Source: a virus
UHGV virus genome: UHGV-1366781
Length of the DNA stretch: 39,267 nucleotides
Reading direction: 5' to 3' (one strand)
Part shown: positions 24,930 through 34,428 of the stretch, in pieces
How the letters are laid out: every line of letters starts with the position of its first letter
Numbering within the stretch: position 1 is the stretch's first letter
Notes under the pieces: generated by a model
Seen by the model: only the letters and a program-made list of their open reading frames with translations
Databases searched by the model: none
Told to the model about the DNA's origin: nothing
Program-made: the position numbers and the translations under genes

Positions 24930-27335
24930 TTAAATGCCAGAAGAACGACGAAGGTAGTTCCCCTCCCAGCCGCACCCAATGATGTTCAATGGGGTTGATG
25001 CGTCTGACTCGATAGTTACTATGTTCGTCTGAGCATTGCCAACCACCGGGAAGCGGTATTGCCCTGTACCAATGTTTGAGCCTCCAACGCGGAGGTTGTC
25101 AGACCCCAATCGTGCACCCGCCATTGTGTAGATGAACTCACGGGACAGGTTATTCACACGGATGATGAACGCTCCAGAGTCCTCATAGTTTACCCACGCA
25201 CGCCGAAGCTGTAAGCGACCAATATCCTCGGTAGCCGTCGAGCCGTCCTCAGCGGTCTTCTTGATGAGGAACTTAGAGAACGTATACGTGAATGGGATGT
25301 TGAACCCAATGTAGACTACTTGTCCCTCTTGGTTTCCATCAAGTCTCAGTATTGGGTCGCTACTCCACCCGTTGATTGGCTGGTCTATCTCTACAATCTT
25401 CCCATCAGGAAAGACCACCGAAACCCTACCCTTCGTGAAGTTCATCCCGTAAATCGTTGAGAGGCTTATTGACGTCTGGTAGGTATCATCATTGTATGTC
25501 CCAGCAGGGATGGTGTACTTCCTCTTAGCGTCGATATACAACCTGTAAGGTTCTCCCGGAAGGTCTATGGAGTTCTTCGTGAAGTGTAAGCGTCCCATCC
25601 ACACAGCATGTTCATTGCTCATCAATACTGTCATTGTTGAGTTTATGACCTGTGCTGCGAACACCGTAACGTTGTCCCCAAAGTCCCAATGAGACCACGA
25701 CTGCTGCCTGATTTCCTCGTCAATGTAGAGGAACTTGTAGATATACACTCGGTTAGGTGCCCCGCTCGTAAGGATAGCCGCGAAGTTCTCAGCGGTTGTC
25801 CCCGATATACTGAATACTCCATTCGGTATGTAGTTCGGAACGTGAGCCGTCATGTCCTCTGCGTTCTTCACAGAGCTTACATCCTGTACCGCATAGTATC
25901 GGTTAATGGATGTGAAGGAAGCGCGAGGTGACGCAAAGTATACATTACGTCCTACACCATGTGGGCGTGCCCTGTCTTGCACATCAAACTGAGTAGTAAG
26001 GTTCAACTCTACGGAGCGACTCGAAAGGATACCAGAGGCTGTCAGAACGAACTGCGCTTGGTCAGACCACAGGAGCAACTCTTCGGAGAACGGAACGGCA
26101 TACTTCAAGGTTGACACCCGGTTGTGGCTAACAGCAACGTCGATTGGGTCATCGTCCGAGTAGTTTGACACAGAGGCCGGGAAGAAGTTGAAGTATTTCG
26201 AGGTGCGAGACAAGATGATGTTCTCCCCACTAAGGAAGCCTAAACGGTTACGGAAGAAGAAAATATCGTTGATTGTCTGTCCGGTAAACGATGGGTATGG
26301 GTTGGTTGTATCATCGCCCACAGTACGAGCACCCCACTCAAGGTACTTGAAGTCAAAGTTCCCGTCAGAAGCACGTACCAACGCCCAAGGCATCGTGTGG
26401 TAATGTAGGTGAGTCCTTGTGTTCCAGCCAATTGTTTCTACCCATACCTTACGGTTGAGGTCGAACCTAACGTAATACTGGTCGGCAGTCTTGGAGGTGT
26501 CACCCACAATCTTCACAATGTACCCATCTGGCGCGTTAATAGGCAACTTCTGGAACGACTGAGTGTAATGGGTTACAGGGTTGATTAGCTGGTCTGCGTA
26601 ACCATCCTTAGTCTGTAGTCCCCAAACGTTATCGTTATTTGGCGCAAGGATATGGATGAATCCGGGGCCAACGTTGAAGCGCCACTTATTTGGGTTTTGT
26701 TCATTGTTTGGGTTCCCTAGGTTATTCCGCAACTGAGCCGCCAGCTTCTCAGCGATGGCCTGACCGTCAACCTCATTGACGTGTGCTGGTTGTGAGCCGT
26801 CTGGTAGTTGAACAGCAGCACGCTCAGCCCCGTTGAACTCGATTGAGAGTCTACGCCCATATTGTCCACCACGAACATTAATCAGCGCATCGCCTTGGTC
26901 TTTAAAGCCCGGAAGGTTGACCGATTGGTCGTTACTCTGCACAACCACCTTGCGGTTAGTCACAAAGGTATAGTCAGCCACCGTTACCATCCGAAGGTCT
27001 TCCCGTGGGTTGGCTGTTCGTACATAAGAGCGGTCTCCACGTACTTGGTATTCCTTACCATCGAGGTCGAACACCTTAATGTCTTCACCAGTGAACACAA
27101 CAAAATACTGCTCGAACTCATCACGGTTGATGAGGTGAACGTAAGGTTGCGCACCCACATACCCAGCAGCGCCAAGGGTCTTAAGGTGAATCATCGGTGG
27201 GCGCTTCTGGAGACCCTCGGACTCAGAAGACCAACCGTTAATCTGTACGCTACCTTGTTCAGCGAACCGGAGAATATCTGGCTGTTGGCTGATACCACCC
27301 TTGAGGTTTTTGATTGATTGGCTAATGAGAGCCAT
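24930..27335 (-). CDS. 12: gp12 tail tubular protein B (nozzle)
   Basis: 801 aa (T7 gp12 is 794 aa); MALISQSIKNLKGGISQQPDILR.. is typical of gp12. Confidence 0.95.
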   Translation of the reverse strand: MALISQSIKNLKGGISQQPDILRFAEQGSVQINGWSSESEGLQKRPPMIHLKTLGAAGYVGAQPYVHLINRDEFEQYFVVFTGEDIKVFDLDGKEYQVRGDRSYVRTANPREDLRMVTVADYTFVTNRKVVVQSNDQSVNLPGFKDQGDALINVRGGQYGRRLSIEFNGAERAAVQLPDGSQPAHVNEVDGQAIAEKLAAQLRNNLGNPNNEQNPNKWRFNVGPGFIHILAPNNDNVWGLQTKDGYADQLINPVTHYTQSFQKLPINAPDGYIVKIVGDTSKTADQYYVRFDLNRKVWVETIGWNTRTHLHYHTMPWALVRASDGNFDFKYLEWGARTVGDDTTNPYPSFTGQTINDIFFFRNRLGFLSGENIILSRTSKYFNFFPASVSNYSDDDPIDVAVSHNRVSTLKYAVPFSEELLLWSDQAQFVLTASGILSSRSVELNLTTQFDVQDRARPHGVGRNVYFASPRASFTSINRYYAVQDVSSVKNAEDMTAHVPNYIPNGVFSISGTTAENFAAILTSGAPNRVYIYKFLYIDEEIRQQSWSHWDFGDNVTVFAAQVINSTMTVLMSNEHAVWMGRLHFTKNSIDLPGEPYRLYIDAKRKYTIPAGTYNDDTYQTSISLSTIYGMNFTKGRVSVVFPDGKIVEIDQPINGWSSDPILRLDGNQEGQVVYIGFNIPFTYTFSKFLIKKTAEDGSTATEDIGRLQLRRAWVNYEDSGAFIIRVNNLSREFIYTMAGARLGSDNLRVGGSNIGTGQYRFPVVGNAQTNIVTIESDASTPLNIIGCGWEGNYLRRSSGI

Positions 27336-27350
27336 AGAGCCTCCTTATGA

Positions 27351-27941
27351 TTAGCGGTTAAGTAGACCAGAGGTGAATGAATCGCCCTCAAGCATGTTGT
27401 AGTTACCGTAGTCTAGCTCGTACTCGAAGCACGCACGCCACGCTTCCTGTTCCTCTTCCTGCAACACTCCGTCTACCTCCGGCGCACCGAAGAAGCGGTT
27501 GTTAAACTGGCGTGATGCCTTGGTGACGATGTAGTTACGGAAGCACTCAGGCATCTCATCGAACTCTCTCAGACGAATCAGGTTGACCTGAACACCAGAA
27601 GGGAATCTGTCGGTCTTCGCAGAGCGGTCATAGAGATAGCCACCACGGTTGACATATTGGGTCTGACCGCTGGTTGCCATTACGGACAGATAGTCAGAGC
27701 TAAATGGAATCATACCAGAGAACGCATCCGGTAGAAGAGTCACACCTTCCTCAATATTGAATGTCCATCCTCGTGACTGAATCTGTCGGTTAATCTTGTT
27801 GAGCACACGTCGAGCATTTGCAACATCAGCGTTTGCATCACCCTCAAGGGTCGATACTGGTGGCTCACCGATGGAAGCCAGAATGTCGTTGACGGCTGAT
27901 AGCTCTTCTGCGGTCTCAATGTTCATCTCATAAGAGCGCAT
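27351..27941 (-). CDS. 11: gp11 tail tubular protein A (gatekeeper/adaptor)
   Basis: 196 aa, near-identical to T7 gp11 ([37 protein letters not shown]). Confidence 0.95.
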   Translation of the reverse strand: MRSYEMNIETAEELSAVNDILASIGEPPVSTLEGDANADVANARRVLNKINRQIQSRGWTFNIEEGVTLLPDAFSGMIPFSSDYLSVMATSGQTQYVNRGGYLYDRSAKTDRFPSGVQVNLIRLREFDEMPECFRNYIVTKASRQFNNRFFGAPEVDGVLQEEEQEAWRACFEYELDYGNYNMLEGDSFTSGLLNR

Positions 27942-27948
27942 GATGTTA

Positions 27949-27971
27949 CCTCCTGTTAGTGAGGGTTAAAG
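27949..27971 (-). promoter_or_regulatory. T3-type promoter phi11 (TTTAACCCTCACTAACAGGAGG), immediately downstream of Tphi
   Basis: Core conserved; sits 8 nt upstream of the gene 11 ATG. Confidence 0.65.
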
Positions 27972-28015
27972 CAAAAAACCCCTCAGACTCCCAAAGAGGG
28001 AACCCAAGGGGTTTG
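27972..28015 (-). terminator. Tphi, major late terminator for phage RNAP after gene 10
   Basis: Minus strand CAAACCCCTTGGGTTCCCTCTTTGGGAGTCTGAGGGGTTTTTTG; same architecture as T7 Tphi (..CCCCTTGGGGCCTCTAAACGGGTCTTGAGGGGTTTTTTG). Confidence 0.9.
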
Positions 28016-28129
28016 CTAGGTTTTACTCGGTGGCCTCTTTGAGAGCCTTGTTACGTGCCCTCGTGATAGCGGCTTTCTGTGCAGGCGTTAACTCATCGTT
28101 AGAGCTTGCCACTTCGTCCGCACCGCTGA

Positions 28130-29170
28130 TTACTTTGCAGCAGGCATCACGATTGCACCAGCAGCTTCTGGACGCAGACCGCCGTGACCCATCGCGTACT
28201 TAGCGATAATCTGGTCAGCCTGATAGTTCGCACGACGAGCGCGCTCCAGAGCCAAGTCTTTCAGCTTGACCGTACCAACCGCAGAGCGGTGCTGGAACAG
28301 GCCCACAACGTTATCCAGAGCAACCTTAACGGTAGTGCTGGAAGTCGCCGGGAAAGCGTGCTTCTGGTCAGCCGGGGCATCCTCACGGGTATCACCAGCG
28401 CCACCAGCGGTCAGGTGCGGAACCTCAACCACTTCGAAGCCCATCACGTTACGGATAGTACCACGCTCAGGGTCAAGCAGTGCCTGATAGTTTGCAGCGT
28501 TCGGCATCAGAGCAGCCAGAATCGCGGAGTAGTTATCAGGAGTGGTGTAGAAAGTACGGTCAGCAGCCGGAACGTAGTTCTTGGTCAGCGCCGCACGCGC
28601 GATAGTTAACTGAGCAATAATTGCTTTACCCAGCTCAACCGGGTCAGTCAGGTCGCCAGCTTTCGGCTTAACCAGAGTCAGTACGGTAGGCTTACCGAGA
28701 CCCTCGATGTTCTCATTGGATGCGTCAGGCAGGTTAACCAGACCAGCCAGTTCAGCTAGTACAGCGCCGTCAGCCGCCATCGCCAGAGATTCACCCAACT
28801 GTGCGGTGTACTCAGCGCGAACGTCGTAGTGGTTCATCGCGTCCTCAATGTCGTAAATCAGAACGTCCGCAGTCAGCAGGCCATCAATGTGGATTACCTT
28901 CTCGGTGTGTTTGATATCCTTACGTTTGTCATCGAGGTTCTCACCCGGTTTCAGGTAAGCAGCTTTGGTGCGACCAATCACAGGGAACTGTGCGGACTTA
29001 CCAGAAGCAATAGAGCGCAGCATGTGACGAGGCATGGTCACGGAGGTGCGAGCGAAAGCCGTCAGGACTTCACCGCCGAACACTTTCAGGAACAGCGCCA
29101 ATTTGTCCGCTGCGGACTGACCCTTACCCTGATTAGTACCAATTTGCTGTCCGCCTTGATTGTTAGCCAT
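28130..29170 (-). CDS. 10: gp10A major capsid protein (probable -1 frameshift product 10B extending to ~28023)
   Basis: 346 aa, downstream of the phi10 promoter and a long leader; it is followed by a 39-codon open -1 frame ending just before the Tphi hairpin. Confidence 0.96.
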   Translation of the reverse strand: MANNQGGQQIGTNQGKGQSAADKLALFLKVFGGEVLTAFARTSVTMPRHMLRSIASGKSAQFPVIGRTKAAYLKPGENLDDKRKDIKHTEKVIHIDGLLTADVLIYDIEDAMNHYDVRAEYTAQLGESLAMAADGAVLAELAGLVNLPDASNENIEGLGKPTVLTLVKPKAGDLTDPVELGKAIIAQLTIARAALTKNYVPAADRTFYTTPDNYSAILAALMPNAANYQALLDPERGTIRNVMGFEVVEVPHLTAGGAGDTREDAPADQKHAFPATSSTTVKVALDNVVGLFQHRSAVGTVKLKDLALERARRANYQADQIIAKYAMGHGGLRPEAAGAIVMPAAK

Positions 29171-29304
29171 GTTGAATCTCCTTATGTTAATTTAAAGAAA
29201 AGTTTGGTTACTACTTGAATCGAGTTGGTTCTCAATGTTTCGCCTACGGGAGTGACCACAAAGTTCTGTGCTCAGGTGATTCAACCATTGTAGTCATCTA
29301 TGGT

Positions 29305-29328
29305 CTCTCCCTTTAGTGAGGGTTAATT
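29305..29328 (-). promoter_or_regulatory. T3-type promoter phi10 (AATTAACCCTCACTAAAGGGAGAG)
   Basis: Consensus match; a 135-nt leader runs to the gene 10 ATG. Confidence 0.9.
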
Positions 29329-30259
29329 AGAAACTGGAGTCGATAACCTTCTGTTCTACCATTTGACGGTAGGCAGCATCACTACGGTAACGCGGGTCGC
29401 TCATAGCTTTAATCATCTCAGCCTGATTCGTAAAGCCCTCTTTCTGACGAGCTACAGGTTTAACCGGAGTAGCACGCTTGGTAACACTACGGTTGGCAGG
29501 CTTACCGAATTTCTTCGTGTAACTCTCACCAGCCAGATTGATAATTGCTTTGACAGTCGCCAAGTCTCGGTTCATCATTGCAGCCTCAAGGGACTCAGCC
29601 GCAGCCGGGTTGGTTGCTTCAAGGTGCGTATGGATTGCGCTAAAGCGCTCCTTACCGCCAGCAAAGGCAACTACCTGATTGACGTACTGGTCTACAAGGG
29701 CTTCCTGACCGGAGATGTAGGAGTCCACAAAGGCACGGCTATATCCAGCAGCTTCGAGTTCCGCATAGGATTTCTCAGAGATACCATCGGCTTCGTACTC
29801 TTCGTAGATGCGAGTCACAGAGTCTGCGCTCAGTCCGCGCTCAACTGCCTGCTCGACCATCGCCTGAAAGCCTTCTTCGTGCTGTCCTAATTGTTCAGTC
29901 ACTTGGCTCAGTTCTTCTGGAGTGTCACCCAGCGGCTCGAACTCATCGGCTTCACCTTCGGTCTCCACCTCAGCGTTATCGCTACCAGTGTCGAACTCGG
30001 CTTCATTACCATCTTCACTGATGCGAACCTGAATGCGGCCCTCATCGTCTTCACCATCAGCGAACGGGTCTACACCAGCCGCATAAGGGTCATCGTTATT
30101 AGAACTCGGTTCCTCGCTAAGTACGATTGCATCATCGCCATCACGGGCAGCAACATCGAGACTCAGCATATTCTGTTCGTGTTCAGTAGGTGTACTTCCG
30201 GTCATTACCGCGTTGTTCACACCGAAGGACGCATAAACGTCTGCATTAGATTCAGCCAT
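29327..30259 (-). CDS. 9: gp9 capsid assembly (scaffolding) protein
   Basis: 310 aa; MAESNADVYASFGVN.AVM.G...EHEQNML.LDVAARDGDDAI.L matches T7 gp9; acidic. Confidence 0.95.
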   Translation of the reverse strand: MAESNADVYASFGVNNAVMTGSTPTEHEQNMLSLDVAARDGDDAIVLSEEPSSNNDDPYAAGVDPFADGEDDEGRIQVRISEDGNEAEFDTGSDNAEVETEGEADEFEPLGDTPEELSQVTEQLGQHEEGFQAMVEQAVERGLSADSVTRIYEEYEADGISEKSYAELEAAGYSRAFVDSYISGQEALVDQYVNQVVAFAGGKERFSAIHTHLEATNPAAAESLEAAMMNRDLATVKAIINLAGESYTKKFGKPANRSVTKRATPVKPVARQKEGFTNQAEMIKAMSDPRYRSDAAYRQMVEQKVIDSSF

Positions 30260-30339
30260 TGTTAAATCTCCTAAGTTGTTAAAGATAAAGGGAAACCAAA
30301 GGACTCCAACCTTTAGTCATCGCTCATTTCAAAGATGAG

Positions 30340-30363
30340 GTCTCCCTTTAGTGAGGGTTATTA
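30340..30363 (-). promoter_or_regulatory. T3-type promoter phi9 (AATAACCCTCACTAAAGGGAGAC), overlapping the gene 8 stop
   Basis: Consensus match. Confidence 0.85.
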
Positions 30364-31968
30364 GGTGGCGTCTAGGCCAGCCTGTGCTGCTGCACCCTGC
30401 ATAGCTTCTGGACTTGAGGTCGCTAGAGCACCCACACCAGCCCCACCAGTGGCGGCAGCGTTATCGATACCTGTTTGGGCCGCATCCTGCATCATCAGTG
30501 CTTGCTTCTGCTCGTCCGTCAGTAGGATGCCAGAAGTATCAATACCAATGGCGTTAGCAATGCGCAGCTTAATGACAGCAAGGTTAATGTCCGGGTCTCC
30601 CTGCATAGGAGCCAGAGCAGCCCAAGCGGAGATACAGCGCTCCAGCTTATCGAGGTCTTGACCACGACCGATTGCTTCCAGACCTGTGCTGATAGTCGGC
30701 TCAACGGCTTCTTTCGGTAGCTCAGGAATCTGCGAGGTTGCTTGGAGTTGCTTCAAGAGCACACGAACCAGAGGCAATTGCAGTTCTTGAGACAGAATCG
30801 AATAGACACCACCAAGCGTATCTTCCAGTTCTGACGCAACGTATCGAATCTCTTCAGCGGTCACGCGTTCACCTGTCCGTTGCACCGCAGAGTTCAACAT
30901 AAAGGCATATGATAAGCGTGCTTCTATCTGGTCACTCACAGCTTTCGCTACGGTAAAGTCAGCTTGCTTCTCCAGTTGTAGGAAGTCAATGTCTTCTCGA
31001 CGACCGGGAACGAAGTCACCAGTCTGAGCTTTGGTTAATCTACGGGGCTGCGTAATGCCAGCCGGGTTAACCAGACCGATGACCTTAGCGCTAATCATGC
31101 TCATCTTAACGATAGCCTCTTGGAGATTCTCAAGAGACCTTAAGTCACCTAAGTATTCTTCACAGTAGGAGCGACCGTAAGACTCGCCATCAATGCGAAC
31201 CATGCGAACCGGAATGTAGGGCATCGCGTCAGTCGGATAGGTGGCATCTGAGCCATCAATCTCAACGTCCTCCACTTCCTCGTACTTGAGGTAATCGCCG
31301 GACTCTTCATCGAGATACACATGGGTGTACACATCGACCATTTCGTCCATCTTCTTCTCACCACCAGCTTTCTCTACCGCAGACCGAACGTCTTCCGGGA
31401 GAGCACCAAAGGCTATCTGGTCACGAGTGACAATCTGTAACACATTGCCGTATGCGTCTCTTTGGACAACATAAGAAGACAATCGGTACAGCTTCATCGG
31501 ATTGTAGCTACCTTCGGGTTCCGGTAAGTAAAGCAGTGCGTTACCTGCCACGATCAACTGCTTGAGGCACTCAAAGAGTGTTACACGGTAACTGTTGGAT
31601 TCGATATAGTTCATGATAATACGCTCAACCATCGACAGACCTTCGTCCACCTTAGCGAGTCCAGCAGGGTCTCCAACAAGCTGCTTCGCCTCATACTCAC
31701 TAATGGTCAGCTTCATCCACGATTGCATCGGGAATAGTGCCAGCATTAATTTAGAGGCTAGATTGTTAAGACCCCGCGCACCTACAGCCTGCCACGGAGT
31801 CGTGTAGTCGGTAGATTCGTTATCGGACTCCTTCGGGAACAAGGACGGAATGGTGTATTGCGCACAGTTTTCCGCACGAGTCTCATAGGCTCTACGGTCG
31901 TTCGTTAGGCGGTCATAGGTAGCTTTAGCACCGTCTTCGCCCAATCCTGTACGTTTTGAATCAGCCAT
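30361..31968 (-). CDS. 8: gp8 head-tail connector (portal) protein
   Basis: 535 aa (T7 gp8 is 536 aa); syntenic between 7.3 and the phi9 promoter. Confidence 0.96.
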   Translation of the reverse strand: MADSKRTGLGEDGAKATYDRLTNDRRAYETRAENCAQYTIPSLFPKESDNESTDYTTPWQAVGARGLNNLASKLMLALFPMQSWMKLTISEYEAKQLVGDPAGLAKVDEGLSMVERIIMNYIESNSYRVTLFECLKQLIVAGNALLYLPEPEGSYNPMKLYRLSSYVVQRDAYGNVLQIVTRDQIAFGALPEDVRSAVEKAGGEKKMDEMVDVYTHVYLDEESGDYLKYEEVEDVEIDGSDATYPTDAMPYIPVRMVRIDGESYGRSYCEEYLGDLRSLENLQEAIVKMSMISAKVIGLVNPAGITQPRRLTKAQTGDFVPGRREDIDFLQLEKQADFTVAKAVSDQIEARLSYAFMLNSAVQRTGERVTAEEIRYVASELEDTLGGVYSILSQELQLPLVRVLLKQLQATSQIPELPKEAVEPTISTGLEAIGRGQDLDKLERCISAWAALAPMQGDPDINLAVIKLRIANAIGIDTSGILLTDEQKQALMMQDAAQTGIDNAAATGGAGVGALATSSPEAMQGAAAQAGLDAT

Positions 31969-31978
31969 TCAGTCCTCC

Positions 31979-32299
31979 TCAGATATTGATTCCACCGCCG
32001 GAACTGCGAGCTACGCTAAGTGCCTTCTTACCGCCAGAGCGTGCTTTCTTACGTGCGCTTTCGGTTTGCGCCTCATCCTCACCCTCAGCCTTATCCTGTT
32101 CCGGTACATCTACAACTTGTGCTGGTGGTGGTGCAGCGACTACTGGTGCTGGAGCCTCTTGTTGGATAATCTCCTGCTTACCTGCACCAAGCGCGCCTCC
32201 AACAACCTTACCAACTTCCTTACCTGCCTTCTCGACTGGTCTGCTAACTTCCTTCACGACTTTCTTAACAGCCTTCTTGATTTTCTTGAAGAATCCCAT
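31979..32299 (-). CDS. 7.3: gp7.3 tail assembly / virion protein
   Basis: 106 aa; N-terminus MGFFKKIKKAVKKV.K and C-terminus ..DEAQTES.RKKAR.GGKK.LSVARSSGGGINI match T7 gp7.3. There is no gene 7 between 6.7 and 7.3, as in T3. Confidence 0.88.
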   Translation of the reverse strand: MGFFKKIKKAVKKVVKEVSRPVEKAGKEVGKVVGGALGAGKQEIIQQEAPAPVVAAPPPAQVVDVPEQDKAEGEDEAQTESARKKARSGGKKALSVARSSGGGINI

Positions 32300-32326
32300 G
32301 ATGTTTCTCCCTATGCTATGACTCAG

Positions 32327-32578
32327 TTACCCAAACGCCTTGGAGCGAATGGAGGATTTACTCTTGTTCTTGGCTGCGCTGTCATCCAGCTTTACCTTAA
32401 GACTGCTCTTACCGCTGCTCTGTGTGGTTGGAACCTCAGAGGAAGACACGCTGGTGTCCTCATCGTCATCGCCTCCCCATACCACAGATTTCGGTGGTTC
32501 AGTCAAAGGTGCTGGTTCGGCAGCGCGAATCTGGTTAGTGTCCATCTTAGGGACTTTCACCTTCGGTTTCCAGCACAT
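32327..32578 (-). CDS. 6.7: gp6.7 small virion protein
   Basis: 83 aa ORF in the 6.7 position; Ser/Lys-rich C-terminus as in T7 gp6.7. Confidence 0.75.
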   Translation of the reverse strand: MCWKPKVKVPKMDTNQIRAAEPAPLTEPPKSVVWGGDDDEDTSVSSSEVPTTQSSGKSSLKVKLDDSAAKNKSKSSIRSKAFG

Positions 32579-32582
32579 ATAA

Positions 32583-32828
32583 TTACTCCTGTCTCAGTTG
32601 CTCTTTACGCACCTCAATCTCATCAAGTGTTCGAGAGGCAAGGTACAGACCATGCAACACACCCGCAATGAAAGACTCAGAGTATCCAGCAGCGCGTAGC
32701 GCACGGTACTCCCCAGACTCCATCACATAAGTCTGATTGAAGCGCACCTGTAGATACTCTTTAGCTGCACGAGGCATACTAGGAATATCATCGGGATGAG
32801 TTAAAACATGATTAATTGGTTGTAACAT
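32583..32828 (-). CDS. 6.5: gp6.5 hypothetical protein
   Basis: 81 aa ORF (T7 gp6.5 is 84 aa) immediately downstream of phi6.5/R6.5. Confidence 0.75.
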   Translation of the reverse strand: MLQPINHVLTHPDDIPSMPRAAKEYLQVRFNQTYVMESGEYRALRAAGYSESFIAGVLHGLYLASRTLDEIEVRKEQLRQE

Positions 32829-32854
32829 AATTTCACCTCTTAAGGTTAAGTCTT

Positions 32855-32925
32855 AAAGTAATAATCATAAAGGCTCCCTCTTCCCTTTAGTGAGGGTTAA
32901 TACAGAGAGCCTTGAGTTTATCACT
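32855..32925 (-). promoter_or_regulatory. RNase III processing site R6.5, with the phi6.5 promoter in its loop
   Basis: aataatcataaaggctccctc[promoter]cagagagccttgagtttatcac. Confidence 0.7.
32878..32902 (-). promoter_or_regulatory. T3-type promoter phi6.5 (ATTAACCCTCACTAAAGGGAAGAG), embedded in the R6.5 RNase III hairpin
   Basis: Consensus match flanked by the two halves of the RNase III site motif. Confidence 0.8.
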
Positions 32926-33034
32926 TAATCTCGGAGTCTCGCTTCACGTCTCGGACTATGAGAGCGAACATCCAGAGACCTCGCGCCAGCATACCTACCA
33001 GCACAGCGATAGTAATCAGCTTCGCGGCGTCCAT
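32921..33034 (-). CDS. 6.3: gp6.3-like small membrane peptide (37 aa)
   Basis: Hand-read [37 protein letters not shown]; GGAGA lies 7 nt upstream. It overlaps the last codons of gene 6; same size as T7 gp6.3. Confidence 0.5.
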   Translation of the reverse strand: MDAAKLITIAVLVGMLARGLWMFALIVRDVKRDSEIK

Positions 33035-33927
33035 AAGTAAATCTCCTTGTCAATGTAATTGTATTCCTCGAAGCGAAGAATGCGAGCCATCTGGCCTTGC
33101 TTGATGATTTCCTGCTCGGTCATCCCAGCTTTGGCTCCAATGGATTTAATGCAGTCCCACAGCGTCTCAGTCGCATCAGGAGCACGCTTCACCCACTTGG
33201 TTACTGTCTGCCCCTTGTTCTTACCAGACTTCAACACGGACTCTACAGGCTCCACAATGAACGGGTCATTCAGGAAGGCTTCTGCCGTATCGCCCCAGCC
33301 GGGAATACCGGAGTAGCCATCAGTCATATCACCCTTGATAGTCTGGAAGAGATGCCACCAATCAGCGGTCTCTTTGGTCTGCGTCAAGATGTTACCAGTG
33401 GTACACCACAGGAAGTCAACGTCCGGGATAGTCTTGAAGTCCTTGTCACAGGAGACCAACACAGCCTTCTTGAAGCCGAAGACCTCGTGACCAGACCCAA
33501 TGATGCCCATAACGTCATCACCTTCAAGCATGTCCTCTTTGATGTGAATGAACTCATCGCGCTCCCACAGAGCTTGAAGGAAGTCACGGTAGCCCACAGG
33601 TTTACGGGTCGCCTTGCGGTTCTCCTTATAGGTCTCATCAACCAGTACCTTACGCCAGTTCACATCATCGGTAAACGCCAGAACAACCATAGCGTCACTC
33701 CAAGCCTTCTTACGGGTTCGGTACGATTCGATTGCAGAATCGAGAATGCTCCGTGCCTTGGCGTGGTCACACTCAAGAGTCCAAATGTCATCTCCCCAAT
33801 CCGTCTCAACTTCGGCAGCAGCCATTGATTGATATACCAACCAGTCACCATCCATGACCAGCACTCCCTTCTCCACAGGCTTACCTTCACGCATCTCCGC
33901 GAAGTCTTTCAATGTGATTAGGCTCAT
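33016..33927 (-). CDS. 6: gp6 5'-3' exonuclease
   Basis: 303 aa (T7 gp6 is 300 aa); the start overlaps the 5.9 stop. Confidence 0.95.
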   Translation of the reverse strand: MSLITLKDFAEMREGKPVEKGVLVMDGDWLVYQSMAAAEVETDWGDDIWTLECDHAKARSILDSAIESYRTRKKAWSDAMVVLAFTDDVNWRKVLVDETYKENRKATRKPVGYRDFLQALWERDEFIHIKEDMLEGDDVMGIIGSGHEVFGFKKAVLVSCDKDFKTIPDVDFLWCTTGNILTQTKETADWWHLFQTIKGDMTDGYSGIPGWGDTAEAFLNDPFIVEPVESVLKSGKNKGQTVTKWVKRAPDATETLWDCIKSIGAKAGMTEQEIIKQGQMARILRFEEYNYIDKEIYLWTPRS

Positions 33928-34106
33928 TCGTCATCCTCCACGTAAACCATTTCGACTGCATCAGAGTATCCGTCCCAATTATCCACACCACACGCCTTAA
34001 GCGCATTCAGGAACTCTAGGTCTTTCTCCAGCTTATCAATGTACGCGCTAACATCGTTCCACGCATCACGGGTCATCGTTACGGTGTCACTCTTAGGCAT
34101 AATCAT
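33924..34106 (-). CDS. 5.9: gp5.9-like (RecBCD inhibitor family in T7)
   Basis: MIMPKSDTVTMTRDAWNDVSAYIDKLEKD.. vs T7 gp5.9 ..VTIPRDVWNDIQGYIDSLEREND... Chosen start is the ATG at 34104-34106, 5 nt after GGAGGT. The track start is further upstream inside 5.7. Confidence 0.6.
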   Translation of the reverse strand: MIMPKSDTVTMTRDAWNDVSAYIDKLEKDLEFLNALKACGVDNWDGYSDAVEMVYVEDDE

Positions 34107-34312
34107 ACGCAACCTCCCATTCGTTTCAGGAAGCGCACACCAGCGGCTGTGACCTCCCATGCTCCACCATTGCGACCGCCCACAGTCAAACAGCTAATGT
34201 GTCCACGAGAAGCGGCCTCAGCTACGAGAGCCGCATTGTTTCGCACATAGTTCGACTGAAAGGACTTAGGGCATCCCTTGATAGCTGCCAGAACTTTCAG
34301 GTATTCACTCAT
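34103..34312 (-). CDS. 5.7: gp5.7
   Basis: 69 aa from the ATG at 34310-34312 (MSEYLKVLAAIKGCPKSFQSNYVRNNAALVAEAASRGHISCLTVGGRNGGAWEVTAAGVRFLKRMGGCV), near-identical to T7 gp5.7; GGGAGGT upstream. Confidence 0.85.
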   Translation of the reverse strand: MSEYLKVLAAIKGCPKSFQSNYVRNNAALVAEAASRGHISCLTVGGRNGGAWEVTAAGVRFLKRMGGCV

Positions 34313-34428
34313 TAGAGTACCTCCCAGTAGCCACACTTCGTACACTCACGGCAAGCGAACCCAATTGAGCCTTTGGTTACGAAAGAGTGGTTGCACTCCT
34401 TCTTATTCTTGATACGCCTGATTGCCAT
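34312..34428 (-). CDS. 38-aa Cys4 zinc-ribbon micro-ORF, translationally coupled between 5.5 and 5.7
   Basis: Hand-read MAIRRIKNKKECNHSFVTKGSIGFACRECTKCGYWEVL. Its ATG overlaps the 5.5 stop (TAATG) and its TAA overlaps the 5.7 ATG (TAATG). GGAGGTG lies 6 nt upstream. Confidence 0.45.
   Translation of the reverse strand: MAIRRIKNKKECNHSFVTKGSIGFACRECTKCGYWEVL

Noticed and set aside
29171-29304. 17-codon upstream ORF (MTTMVESPEHRTLWSLP) in the gene 10 leader
   Set aside because: No SD, and it lies in a long structured leader analogous to the T7 gene 10 leader. Probably fortuitous.
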